From positions 16,360-80,359 of the forward strand of contig JBNGIO010006281.1 in NCBI GenBank assembly GCA_049999805.1: a DNA stretch of 64,000 bases, written 5' to 3'. Under the pieces are notes generated by a model, which worked only from the letters and a program-made list of their open reading frames with translations, made no database searches and was not told the DNA's origin. This document shows positions 37,498-49,458 of the stretch, in pieces. The number at the start of each line of letters is the position of its first letter. Positions within the stretch are counted from its first letter, which is position 1. This DNA comes from Folioceros fuciformis (lineage: Eukaryota). The position numbers were made by a program, and so were the translations under genes.

Positions 37498-40095
37498 ATG
37501 GCGCTCGCTTTCGATGAGTTCGGGCGGCCTTTCATCATCTTGCGGGAGCAGGAGCAGAAGGCTCGCCTGCAAGGGTTGGATGCCCAAAAGGCCAACATTT
37601 TGGCAGCTCGTTCCGTGGCCAAGATTTTGAGAACCTCGCTCGGCCCCAAGGGCATGGACAAGATGCTGCAGAGCCCGGACGGCGATGTCACTATAAGTGA
37701 GCTCTCAGTCCGTACTTCTTGTACAGGGATGTCTTGAGGCCCGTGGCCGGTCAATTAGGTCTTTTTGCAACGCCTGATCTCACCACTCCGTCGAGTGATA
37801 GTTTCTTCACGCAGCTGTATAGGCCTTGTCTTGTGTTGTTCACAGTTGTGACGTATTGTGAGATGAACGGATCGTGTCTTCGTGTTTGGCAGCAAACGAT
37901 GGGGCTACAATACTTGAGCAGATGGAGGTTGAGAATCAAATTGGGAAGCTGATGGTCGAGCTTTCGAAAAGTCAGGATTTTGAGATTGGTGACGGCACAA
38001 CTGGGGTTGTAGTTACAGCAGGTGCACTCTTGGAGCAGGCGGAAGAGCTACTAGATCGGGGCATCCACCCCATTCGGATCGCTGAGGGGTATGAGATAGC
38101 GTCTAAGGTCGCCACTGAGCATTTGAATCACATCGCGCACAAGTTTGACTTCAGTGCAGATAATGCTGAGCCTCTCATTCAGACGTGCATGACGACGCTA
38201 TCTTCCAAGATGTGAGCCGGTCACCATCTTTGTGTTTGCAACTTCATGATTCAAGTTTGTCGATTCGCACGATGTTGTGGGCGACGACAGAGTCCGTATG
38301 TGCCTCTTACGTGTTCAAGCTGATAGCTCTATTGTGACGTATTATCCTTGTGCAGAGTGGGTAGGTGCAAACGGATGCTGGCGGAAATTGCAGTGAAAGC
38401 TGTTCTTGCTGTGGCAGATTTGGAGAGACGTGATGTCAACCTTGACTTGATTAAGGTTGAAGGAAAAGTTGGTGGTAGGCTAGAGGATACGGAACTTGTC
38501 TATGGTATTGTTGTTGATAAGGATATGAGCCATCCTCAGATGCCCAAGGTTATAGAGGATGCGAAGATTGCCATTCTGACCTGCCCATTCGAACCACCGA
38601 AGCCAAAAACCAAGCACAAAGTAGACATTGATTCTGTCGAAAAATTTGAAGTTCTTCGAGCTGCAGAGAAGAAATATTTCGATGACATGGTGCAACAGTG
38701 TAAAGTAAGCGTGAGCTGTGCAACGTTGAATTATGAGGACTGTAGTTGGTTGGCAGATTTGTTGTTTGCAGCCTGTATGTCCGCAAGTCGTACCTTTGGC
38801 CTCTGGCATGCTTTTACATTCTTGTTGGTGGTAGACGAAGGTCAGGTCTGATTATTCATGGGAACAGGATGCAGGTGCCACACTCGTCATATGCCAATGG
38901 GGCTTTGATGATGAAGCAAACCATCTACTTCTCCACCGGGGACTGCCAGCTGTCCGGTGGGTTGGAGGAGTCGAGCTTGAGCTCATTGCGATTGCAACAG
39001 GTTTGTGATTTCCGTCTTGACGTCCTACGTACGTCTGTTTCCAGCGTCAGGTTGGCTCTGAATTCTTTGCACGGCCGGAAACCTGTCTTTTTCAGGTGGA
39101 CGAATAGTTCCTCGGTTTCAGGAGTTAACTCCAGAGAAGTTGGGGAAGGTAAACCCTCTCGTTGGAAACTGTGGTCGCGCTGTTTGAACTGATGTGTTTT
39201 CTTCGACAAGCAGAGCACGTCTCTCATGTCTGTCGTGTTCACAGGCTGGACTAGTAAGGGAACGGGGGTTCGGTACAACAAAGGATAGAATGCTCTATAT
39301 TGAAAAATGTGCCAATTCTCGGGCTGTCACAATTTTCATCCGTGGAGGTTTTTTTTTCTTTTTTTAATGTTGAATGACGTCAATTTTCTCATGAGTGTTC
39401 TTCTGGACTCTTATTTCTCTCGTATCTTTAGGCACAGCCCTTCCCTCAGGTTGTCAGCTTGTTTTGGTTGGCAGGAAACAAGATGATGATTGAAGAGACC
39501 AAGCGCAGTGTCCATGATGCGCTGTGTGTGGCTCGGAATTTGATCCGAGACAAGGCCATTGTGTACGGTGGTGGCTCGGCAGAAATTGCTTGCTCGATAG
39601 CTGTGGAAGCCGCAGCAGATAAGATCCCTGGGGTTGAGCAGGTAGTTTACGCTCAATGGCTTATGTCACTCGGGGGTAGTGTGCTTTGACTGATCCTTGC
39701 TAACTCAATCCCATTTGTTTCGCTCTTCGCAGTATGCAATGCGGGCATTTGCGGACGCCTTAGATGCAGTACCAATGGCTCTGGCTGAAAACAGTGGTTT
39801 GCAACCGATTGATGTCGTGACAGCAGTGAAAGCACAACAGTTGAAGGTGAGTTCGGTAGGGTTTGGTGTAGTATGCTTGATTGCTGCCTTAGTACTAAGT
39901 CACAACGGTGTTATTGATGTGCAGGAAAAGAACCCTTTCTTGGGAGTCGATTGCAATGATGTGGGAACAAATGACATGAGGGAGCAAAACGTGTTCGAGA
40001 CCCTCATTGGGAAGAAGCAGCAGCTACTCCTTGCCACCCAGGTTGTCAAGATGATTCTGAAGATTGACGACGTGATCACCCCCTCCAACTTTTAA
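37498..40095 (+). CDS. CCT5: T-complex protein 1 subunit epsilon (CCT5)
   Basis: [77 protein letters not shown]. Confidence 0.97.
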
Positions 40096-40354
40096 GTAGA
40101 AAGTATCCATGCGGAGTCGCGAGTATACGCTTCACGAATTTGAAATTTTTGTAGAAAAGAGTCGTAGGCATCATGAAACTGCCAATGAGGTGATAAAGAG
40201 GTGATGCGTGTACCTGTCCTGCTCTTACGTGTGCAGTTTGTTAATTGCTTGGGAAAAACTTGGTTCACGTTCAACGATGAGGGAGAATGGACCGTACGAC
40301 AACAACCGTAGTGTTCATAAACGTTATGTCCAATTTCACAAACCCCATCAAGTT

Positions 40355-41832
40355 TCAGTCAGAGTCGCTGTCTTGTCCAGCCGAGCTTCTCACCCTCCTT
40401 GGAGCGTCATCCTCATCTTGTATCCTGACCTGTTTGACGATAATACCTGAAATCCAAAGCGTGAGAAGACCGACTGTCAAGGGCAACAGCAAAAACTCTG
40501 AGCGGCTTCTCTACTTGCAGGTTCTACTACCTGACTTTATCAGGTAATTTTCGAGCCTGCTCACGGGGAAGTCATCAGCATCTCCTAGTTGCTGAAAACC
40601 AACAAGTCTGTCGAGAGCAACTCCATTCCTGTAGAAACAGGCCAGAAATCAGGCAACATTCATCTTGAAAATAAGGTTCGCGCCTTTCAGGCATTCAGCA
40701 TCCGCACCTTTCACATACCTGAAAAGAATTACGCAAGGTAGCACTTTCACAGCTAGCTTTGTAACAAAGAAGGGACAATTCTGCACAAGACAAGCGCACG
40801 TAAGCGTTCATGAATTTCAAGCAGTAATCACCTTCAGTTTGGAAGCAGGGGTGGATCAGGACAGGAACCTCACCTCCGCATCCACTTTGATAAACTTAGT
40901 ATCAAAATACTTTGCTGTTAGACTGTTCAAATGCTTGTCCATTATCCTGAAAGAGCCGGATTCGCACTTGGAGTGACCATTAGGAATGGAGTAACGAAGT
41001 CGTCAGTACTCAATGGCAGCTGTAGACGCACACTCACTTGCAGCGGACAAACTCTCTGTGGAAGAAATGACAGACCACCCTTTCGGTTTCAGTAACTTCA
41101 GCGAGAAAATCTCCTTCGGCGATCTGCGGAGCACAGACCATGAGTGAGATGCATGCAATGTCAAGTCTTCAATCAAGGCGATAACTGGAAGACTGAGAAT
41201 GTACGCCAACGGCATGCTTCCGCACCTCTCTATATTCACCGTGTCCCTTAAGCTGCAGCACTTGCCGCTTTTCTGCTTCTTTCTACATCAAACGCCAAAC
41301 TTTCAGATGACTGTCTTATGGCTGCAATGACGAGAAATGAAAACAGCGGGTAAAGTATGAGCTTTCTAAAGGGATGCGAGAAAAACCTTAAGCTGAGCAA
41401 TTCTCTCGGAATGCAGTCTTTCCAGCTCAGGATCCTGCATCTCGGATACTATCACACATGAGAATGAGAAACGAGCGCAGTTCAGCAGCCACAATTTCTA
41501 AAAACTTAGTCGCATAGCGTGGTACTCACATCCAGAAGTTCGTCTAGGTCAACCTCATCATGCGCAGGGCCAGTGCCAGCCTTCTCCGACGCCAGCATCT
41601 CCTGCAATTTCAGAGCATTTCTGTTGGTAACAAGTGGGCAAGGGTTCCAGGACTAGCGAGTTGTTGTTCCTACAATCCTGACACGCACCAGACCAACACC
41701 CATCACCGAATGCAAATCCACCCTAAACTAGTGGCTACACCGACAGACCTTCTGCAGGTCCCGGGCGGCTGCGGCCATGGCAGAGCCCAGAGCCAGGTCC
41801 CCCATTCTGGAGCGGAATTGCTCAGGATCCAT
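40355..41832 (-). CDS. PLP3: Phosducin-like protein 3 / TXNDC9 (9 exons; missed by ORF track)
   Basis: Spliced: MDPEQFRSRMGDLALG...|EVDLDELLD|DPELERLHSERIAQLK|KEAEKRQVLQLKGHGEYRE|IAEGDFLAEVTETERVVCHFFHREFVRCK|IMDKHL...KFIKVDAE|NCPFFVTKLAVKVLPCVILFR|NGVALDRLVGFQQLG...|...DSDSD*. Confidence 0.93.
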
Positions 41833-42726
41833 GCTGCTGCCCCCTGGCATGACTGCTTCGGGGAGGGAGGAGCGCGCTTTCACTTCAGATCGCTTCCTAC
41901 TGCTCCGTCTCTGTGCACCAGGGAGGACCGTAATGAGCTGTGGTGTCAATTGACCATTCCAAACGACTTGTCCACAAGCATGGAAATCAGCAGCAACAAG
42001 CTCCGATGCCGGGCAAACCGTAACTGGTCACGCCTCACCTCCCCCGTCTCCTGGAGAAAATTGAATGAGGGTGTATTTCTCTTTGCTATTAGTCATGTCA
42101 TTGCCAAAAACCACGGTATATGGGCCTACCCATACACGAACCACCTCCCGCTCCAGTTCGCGGGTAAGACCACCCTACGATCGAGTGCGCGAGCAGGGCA
42201 ACCGGAGCAAACTCACCTCGAACAAAACTGGCCCAAACGGTTCCCGCCTAACGGTTCTTTGCAGACGGTCACCACAATTTTCTCATTTTCTAGAGTTATT
42301 TATTTATTTATTTATAGAAACAACATGATGGAAAATCCAATGAGACAAACCATGTGACTAGGTCACGGGCGGCTAGCCTCCTAGGGCTGAACCTAAAATT
42401 ACCCATAGCACCTAAGATATCATGGTGCCATAATATGAAGGTCTATTTACCATTGAAATAGTTGATGTAATCCCTCATCCTCGTCCTATAGGATATACAT
42501 GGTATTAACCAGTCAAGGTCCATTGTAGTGCCATACAAACCCTTTGCCAAAAGAACGCTAATGCACAAAAAGAGGAAGACCAAGCCAATAGAAACCCTTT
42601 ACCAAACGAATGTTACAATACACAAAAAGAGGAAGAACTTAGAAAATGCCTTGCACATAGCCTCATGGGCCTCACTCGCAAGGGGATAAAGAAGTGTCTA
42701 GTCTACAAAGGGATGTACTTGTGAAT

Positions 42727-42783
42727 CTTGGCCAATGTGCTCCTCTCTACCGCCCTTGGCCAATGTGCTCCTCTCTACCGCCC
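42727..42783. repeat. 28-bp tandem duplication
   Basis: cttggccaatgtgctcctctctaccgcc occurs twice (42727, 42755). Confidence 0.9.
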
Positions 42784-43269
42784 AACCTAGGGAGTTGAGG
42801 ACACTATGCTCTCAAATTGAGATTTCTGTGTAGTCCATTATAACCACTTCGCCAACAAAAAGCCTATTTTTTACCCTAGATGAGGAAAAGGTCAACTTGA
42901 AGAGAAACATAGTTTAAGCAAATTGCATATATGCTTCTTGAAGGGTAAAAGACCACCCTCCTCGGCCAATGAAAACATGACATTATGCACGGCTTTGTGC
43001 TTAGCAATGCATAGTCCCCAACTGGCAAGATGAGTACCAAGTTGTCAAGTGATGGCCCACATGTGCAAGAGGAGAGAGAGAAAGTGAAAGGTTAGACCAA
43101 TCCAAGGGAGAATCTTATCACAGCAGAGAACGTGGTTAATACGATGCAGAAAGCTTAGAGGCTAGGTTGAGCCAAGAGCTAAGAACTTCCTAAGAAAGAA
43201 TGAAGCCACATGTCGAGGGCTAGAAAATCTAAAGGAAGATTGAGCTCAACCTACTAGAATTTCTTCTCA

Positions 43270-43395
43270 AGAAGAGACGCATGGAGCCTTCAAATCCCCA
43301 CCATGAGAAGAGAAGAGACACATGGAGCCTTCAAATCCCCACCATGAGAAGAGAAGAGACGCATGGAGCCTTCAAATCCCCACCATGAGAAGAGA
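43270..43395. repeat. 41-bp tandem repeat, 3 copies
   Basis: catggagccttcaaatccccaccatgagaagaga recurs at 43280, 43321 and 43362 with no spacers. Confidence 0.95.
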
Positions 43396-45468
43396 TGAAA
43401 ATTGAGCCATAGCAGTTGAAGTCATAGAAGAAAGAGAGTTCCCAACTAATCCTTGAGACACCTGCAAAGGGAGGGCACCCTCCTTAACACCTAGAACAAA
43501 AGATTAAAAAGACAAATGCAAGAATCTCGAATGAGAACATGGGGGCTTTTGGAGCGGAATGATGTGGAGAAGTACCTAGAATGACACAAGTGCGGTCTCT
43601 AAATTGGGAAGGTTATTCACATGAGATTGGTGCTCCTCAAGGGCCACATTGACCAAGCCTTGGACAAAGGCCAAAGGCCCCACCAAGAAGCCCTACACTC
43701 AAAGGCCTTGTGAGGAAGTGATTTGGCCCCTTGGAAGACCGAACCAAGAACCATTGATTAGCAAACCAAGAACCATTGACTAGGACTTTAGCACCTGCTA
43801 CTTCTTTATTTGGATCATCCAAATGTCACTTCACAAAACACACTTTCATCTTGAGACTACTTTAATAAACTCACAACCACAAGCACACTTTCATTTGGAC
43901 AAGCTAGAAGCTACCAAAGTTGAAGGCTAGAATTGCTGCTCAATCTACTTAAAGAGAATTGCTCATCTGGTATGTACATTGTATCCAATTACAATATTTA
44001 TTCTCCATCATCACAAAATATCATTCCATGTTCACTTGCTAGAGCTAAAAAATGAGTCATGCAACCTTGTTGTCACCCTCACAGGCACAACCTTGAACAT
44101 GTGACTGGGAGGAGAAGGAGGTAGGCTCTATTCCCAAGCTCTTGTTATTTTTCTCTTCTGTGAATGTAGACAATCCGATTTACATTGGAGCTAGAGGCTG
44201 CAACACTCACACGCGGCTGCTGGGCACGGGAGACCTAGGAGCACACACATGCCCTGCCCCTAGTGCGTGCCAGCATACAAAGCTGCAAAAGATGGATGTA
44301 CTGTACGTACATTCGCTACATGAAGCTGGGTGTAGCCTAAACCTAGTCTCGACTGAACCTAGCCTAGCGTAGGCTGGCTTGGCCCGACCCCTTATTTCGG
44401 GTGAAGGTCCGGACACGCTCAACGTGGCTGCACTGGAAGAGCGAACCTGCAATGTCTGCCCGTGGGAACCTCTTGTAAAGCTGACAATTGGCAATGCGGG
44501 TAGAAGAGGGAATATTGCAACTCTATTTGCGGGGTTTGCCCGAAACGTGTATCCTATCCTGTTGCTGGCCGGGCCGCTGCTTGTCGTTGGTATGTGCTCG
44601 ACGACGTTTTCGGGCTGTCAACTGGTGATGCAAAAACTTGTTCCGTCAATTGCACAAGCAACAGTCAAGCCCTGCCATGTTCGTTCACTTCGGACAGTAG
44701 CTTGACCCCGGCCCGCGCCCTCCATGCTCAGACGGGATGTCCTCTCCACACCGGACGGTGGCACGGCATAGCAGATTTGTAAATTCTGACAGGCTCCACC
44801 AGCGGCAGAGAACGGCAGAGCGGCCGGGCCAGCCCCACGCACCGTCCTCTTCTTGAAGTGCGTGTGAAGCGTACACGAGGTGCTCATGTAGGCCCGGTTA
44901 ATGATCCCGGCAGCCGCGGATTTACATGTTTCCTGCAGCCTGGGCCTCGGGCGGCTCCATCTCCAGCTCCAGAGTCCAGACATGGTTGCTGCTTCACGGC
45001 AGCAAAGGCGGGCCCGTTCTGCTCCTCGCTCCCGGGGGACCCTCTTGCCTGCATCAAAATGTTTCCAACTCGTAGCGATAAATGCCTGGCGCGCGTAACT
45101 CCTTGGATGGCATGCCAGGGCCATACGGTCATACTTTACAGATATGTACGGATCCCGATACCTAATACAGGTGTATGTACATACATAGGATGTCAAATAC
45201 ATATCTTCCTCGGCGCCGGGATGGAAAGTCGAAACTCAAGCATACCCGAAGACGTAGACATACTGTATGTACTTACCGTACGTGGAGTGCGCATGCCACG
45301 TAGGATTTGGCACGCTCGAAGCACTTCATCGCTTCGGGAATTGGACACAGGCGATGAAGGTTAGCTTCAAGCTTGGCTTGGCTTGGCTCGGCCCGGGCTC
45401 GGGTGAAGCAAAGCATATTTTATGTTTGGGGTATGCTGTTATTAACAGGTGCAGGTGCTCTTCAAACG

Positions 45469-45540
45469 GGCTCCGGCTCCAGCTCCAGCTCCAGCTCCAG
45501 CTCCAGCTCCAGCTCCAGCTCCAGCTCCAGCTCCAGCTCC
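45469..45540. repeat. Hexanucleotide microsatellite (AGCTCC)10 preceded by (GGCTCC)2
   Basis: Read directly; lies ~560 bp upstream of the VAPYRIN ATG. Confidence 0.97.
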
Positions 45541-46100
45541 TCTTCCTCAACATGTTGTGGGGAAGAGCGACAGGAAGAGAGAGCAGAGAGAGAGAGTGCC
45601 TGGGGCCCGGAGTCACAGAACGAGGCGTCAATCACCGTCCCGCTCGAGTATTTTCAGCCTGAGGCGTGATTGATGCGACTCTCAATCTCACCGCCCTCCC
45701 AATGGCCCCTGCCTTGCTTCTCCTGCCTTTCGTTCCGATTGCGGTGGTCGTGGTGGGGGAATAGCGTAGCTGTGTGTTTGTGTGAGGGACCTGGAGCGGG
45801 ATCTGTTCCCGGCGGCTGCTCAATTGGTGGCCCTTTGTGATGACCGTCTGTCTATGCGAGCTTTTTTGCTGCGCGGGATGGAGGCCGAGGAGAGCGGTCG
45901 CAGGGAGGTGGAGTGCTTCAGCGACAAACTGTTGATTTGCTTGAGAGGGCAGGGTTTGGGGAGGAGGTGAATGGCAGGAGGCGGGAGGGCGGGGCGGAGA
46001 TGTTTGGAGGAGGTGCGGCGGTAGGAGGAGGAGGAGAGTCCCGGGGGTTGATGTTTTTGTTGTTGTTGTTGTTGTATCCGGATCGGTATCCGCAACTGCA

Positions 46101-47660
46101 ATGGATAGGCTGTTGGCTGTGGAGAATTCGGAGGTGGTGATGGCTTTCCAGCTAGGGAAGCGGTGCGTGAGCGAGGTTGTGGTGCGCAACGTGATGCACA
46201 CAATGCCCGTGGCGTTCAAGGTGCTCACCACCAGCCCGAAACGCTACGCGGTGAAGCCGCCGCTGGGGATCATTCCGCCGTTAGGGGAGGTGCGGTTCGA
46301 GGTGGCGATGCACGCGCAGGCGCACCTCCCGGAGGAGTTTCCCCTGAGCCATGACAAGTTTCAGGTGAAGAGCCTGGTGGTGCCGTCGGGGCACCCCACG
46401 GAGGCAGTGCTGAACGAGTGGTTCAACACGCGGAAGAAGCAGGTGTTCGTGGACGCCAAGCTGCGGGTGGTGTTCGTGGGAGGCCCCATCTTGCGCCATC
46501 TTGTGTCCAAGGGGACGCTGGAGGCGGTGCGGGAGCTTCTGGCCCGCGACTCCACGGACCTGGACGGGGCCGACATGCAGGGCCGAACTGCGCTGCACAT
46601 CGCGGCTGCCCGGGGGAAGGTGGAGGTGGTGCGCCTGCTGCTGGAGCGTGGGGTGAAGCAGGACGTGCGGAGCAAGACGGGCCAGTCCCCGCTCCACGAA
46701 GCCACTTTCGGCGGGCACGCTGCCGTGGTGCGGGTGCTGCTTTCGGCCAGGGCGCAGACGGAGGCCAGGAACCCGCGGGGATGGACTGCTTTGCATCTGG
46801 CTGCTACATGGAACCGCATTGAGGTGCTGCGGCTGCTGCTGGAGGCCGGGGCCGAGGTGGATGCAGTCGACAACGAGGGCCGCACACCCCTGCATGCCGC
46901 TGTCACCGAGGGCAATACGCAGTCCGTTGAGGCGCTGCTGCGAGCCGGGGCCGGCATCGACGCCTGTAGCCGGGACGGCAGAACGGCGCTGCACCGGGCC
47001 GCCACCAAGGGGTACCTGGACATGGTGGAGCTGCTGCTGCAGTACGGGGCGTGCCGGGAGGTGCGCAGCGGGGACGGTAGGACACCTTACACCGTGGCGA
47101 TGGAGAAGGGCCACACGCTCCTGCTGGAGCCCCTGCTGCTGGCGTCAATCCTGGCCAAGGCTGCGCGCAACGGGGACGTGCCTTCCATGGCCGCCTGCCT
47201 GCAACAGGGCGCCTCGCTGCAGCGGCGGGACCAGCACGGTTGGACTGCGCTCCATTGTGCGGCTTTCAAGGGCCGGACTGAGGCCGTGGAGTGGCTCCTG
47301 GAGCGCGGCGCCGAAAAGCAAGTTCAGGACAGTGCTGGCTACACTCCGCTGCACTGCGCGGCCGAGGCCGGCCAGGCTGACGTTGTCCGCCTCCTGCTCG
47401 GGGCGCCACAGTCTGCCGATGTTGATGCCAGAACCAACACTGGCGTCACACCGTTGCGCCTCGCACAGCACATGGGCCACAAGGAGGTGGCTGCGCTGTT
47501 GGTAGACGCCGGGGCTGCAACCGGCCTCCTCGCCAAATTGAAGCTTGAGTGGAAGGACGACGCTCCAATGCCTGCTGTTGCTGCCAAGATTCATTCCCAC
47601 TCCATCAACAAGCTCAATCCGCAACTGGACCTTCATCCTCAGGTCTACCTGGCGACGTAG
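46101..47660 (+). CDS. VPY: VAPYRIN (MSP/VAP domain + ankyrin repeats), single exon
   Basis: MDRLL...RNVMHTMPVAFKV...YAVKPPLGIIPPL...WFNTRKKQVFVDAKLRVVFVG, then multiple ankyrin repeats (GRTALHIAA, GWTALHLAA, GRTPLHAA, GWTALHCAAFKG, GYTPLHCAAEAG). Confidence 0.9.
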   Translation: MDRLLAVENSEVVMAFQLGKRCVSEVVVRNVMHTMPVAFKVLTTSPKRYAVKPPLGIIPPLGEVRFEVAMHAQAHLPEEFPLSHDKFQVKSLVVPSGHPTEAVLNEWFNTRKKQVFVDAKLRVVFVGGPILRHLVSKGTLEAVRELLARDSTDLDGADMQGRTALHIAAARGKVEVVRLLLERGVKQDVRSKTGQSPLHEATFGGHAAVVRVLLSARAQTEARNPRGWTALHLAATWNRIEVLRLLLEAGAEVDAVDNEGRTPLHAAVTEGNTQSVEALLRAGAGIDACSRDGRTALHRAATKGYLDMVELLLQYGACREVRSGDGRTPYTVAMEKGHTLLLEPLLLASILAKAARNGDVPSMAACLQQGASLQRRDQHGWTALHCAAFKGRTEAVEWLLERGAEKQVQDSAGYTPLHCAAEAGQADVVRLLLGAPQSADVDARTNTGVTPLRLAQHMGHKEVAALLVDAGAATGLLAKLKLEWKDDAPMPAVAAKIHSHSINKLNPQLDLHPQVYLAT

Positions 47661-47991
47661 TCACTTGGGTCGAAACGGGAACGGCAGGAAGGTTAGGACA
47701 CCAAGTTTTCTTTTCAGTGCACAAGACAACGTCCAATCCAGCAGGACGACTGAACAGTCTGCCGCTCCAACAATGGATTTCAAATGAAGGTGGTTACAGC
47801 CGAGGGGGGCAGGCCCTGCCAGCCTGACATTTCTATTTTTTTGATGTGTGCATTCATCGAAATGTAACAAATCCACAATTGCAAGTCGCATTCAGTGGCG
47901 AGGTCCAAGACTGCACTGCACTATATATGTTGATAATTCTATCAAAATATGAAAACTAATGCCGCCCGGCAGAGAGGTCAAAAGCATTTCC

Positions 47992-48941
47992 TCACACAGT
48001 TTTTGGCGGAGAAGGCGTTTCGGCGGATGTTGATGGTTCTACGAACTTCACCATGCTCCTGACGGGCCGCATGCTCTCCAGAAGGTAAGACAAGCCCTTG
48101 ACAACGTGAGCTCGGCTGTAAGGGACCCCAGTCTTGGCCAGTGCGTTTCCCCGTGCGTCTAGCAGAACGAAGCAAGGCACATACCTGATGTCGTACAGCA
48201 GGACCTGCGGATGGATGGCACCAAACTCTTGGTCACCGTCTGCCAAGCAACCAGGTGCCTCGAACAAGAAAAAACCACATTGCAGAACGGTGTGACAGAA
48301 ACTAAACTCACCTCGGGCAGCCATCTCTTGTTCTCCACATCGGCCATGACCACACTCAGCCAGTCCTTGTTCTGGTGCTCTACCTCCAAAATAAGCCGCA
48401 GCAGGGACCGACACAGAGTGCACTTGGGAGAGTAGAACTCCAGCACTGTGGCCCTGCTTCTGCTGACCAGAGCCAAAGCCAGGGCTCTCTCCTCAGCCTC
48501 CCCCTGCTCCTCCGGGGACAAACCCGCCTTGTCACTCCTCGGCTCCGTCCCTGCCCTCGTCTTCTTCCCCCACTGCCCGATGGCCATCCCGAGCCCTTGC
48601 ACCTGCGGCAGAAACTGCGCCACCGCCGGGAACGCAATGCCGCCCTTCTTGCTCCCGGCTTCAGACACGGAGCCCGAGCCGACATGACCATACGGAGCAG
48701 AAGATTTGGCGCGGGCATGTGCCTGTGCATGTGCCTGTGCCTGCTCCTGCATCTGCTCCACCTGCCTCAGCAGAAGCTCGCTCACGCTCTTGAGCGTCTT
48801 GAAGGCCCACGGCACTTCCAGCTTGCACCCTTGCCTGGAGGAGTTGCTGCCGCCACCCATGTCCGGCCATTTCATGCATAGCCATGGCTGCCTGCCGCTG
48901 CTGCTGGCCGCGCCCCCTGGGCCTGCCTCACCAGACCTCAT
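47992..48941 (-). CDS. Atypical thioredoxin-like protein (CTLC active site), 2 recognisable exons; start uncertain
   Basis: [19 protein letters not shown]...[58 protein letters not shown]; intron ~48205-48311. Confidence 0.8.
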
Positions 48942-49458
48942 CTTCTTCCTCCTCCTCCTCCTCCAATTCTTCCCGCACTCTCGCAACAGACCCCGATGCC
49001 GCGCACCATGACAGGCTAGCCGATTCGTCCTCCGGGTGCGAGACGCTGTCCCGCGGCTCCTTTACCCTGCCGCGTGCTGCACTTGTTGGCGCCCTCCGCG
49101 ATCGGCATTCCTCCGCAGGCATCGGGAAGCTATGTATATCCATACCAATATCCATATACATGTAGACAAAGGACATCAGTTGACACCATAAATGTCCTGT
49201 TACTCGGGCGGAAGAAAGAGCGGCCGGCTGTGTGAAAGCGGCTGGGGTTCTCATGAAATGCGCCACTCATAAGGCCTTACGACCATGGCAGTCCTGTGCC
49301 ACAGCTAGCGATCTGCAAACGTCGCCCCGTGCTAGGCCACGGGATGCCAGGCATCGTCTGAACTTGGCAATTGGGATTGCTCTTTGTTTCTTTCTTGGAA
49401 ACTCTTGAGTCTTGCGCGAACTGCATCGAATCCGAAGACTGGGCGTGAAGCTCCGAGG

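Larger units (their letters stand above)
42350..44100. mobile_element. Degenerate TE-derived island, probably LTR-retrotransposon remnants
   Basis: A-rich, CpG-poor, no long ORFs, several short tandem duplications. A TGTGAGG(43709)...CCTCACA(44083) bounded segment with a TATA-like ctacttaaagag resembles a solo LTR. Confidence 0.55.

Noticed and set aside
41560-42357. 265-aa plus-strand ORF
   Set aside because: Overlaps PLP3 exons and promoter in antisense; no domain-like content.
43270-43395. Possible CRISPR-like array (also 55890-56530)
   Set aside because: Head-to-tail repeats with no unique spacers, eukaryotic context, no cas genes.
42351-44106. catgtgact at both ends of the TE island as a 9-bp Mutator TSD
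   Set aside because: No terminal inverted repeats inside; probably chance.
45267-45673. ORFs with poly-LQ, poly-S or poly-AP tracts
   Set aside because: Translation artefacts of the AGCTCC microsatellite.
46163-47636. Many overlapping ORFs on both strands in VAPYRIN
   Set aside because: Expected from high GC content and scarcity of stop codons.
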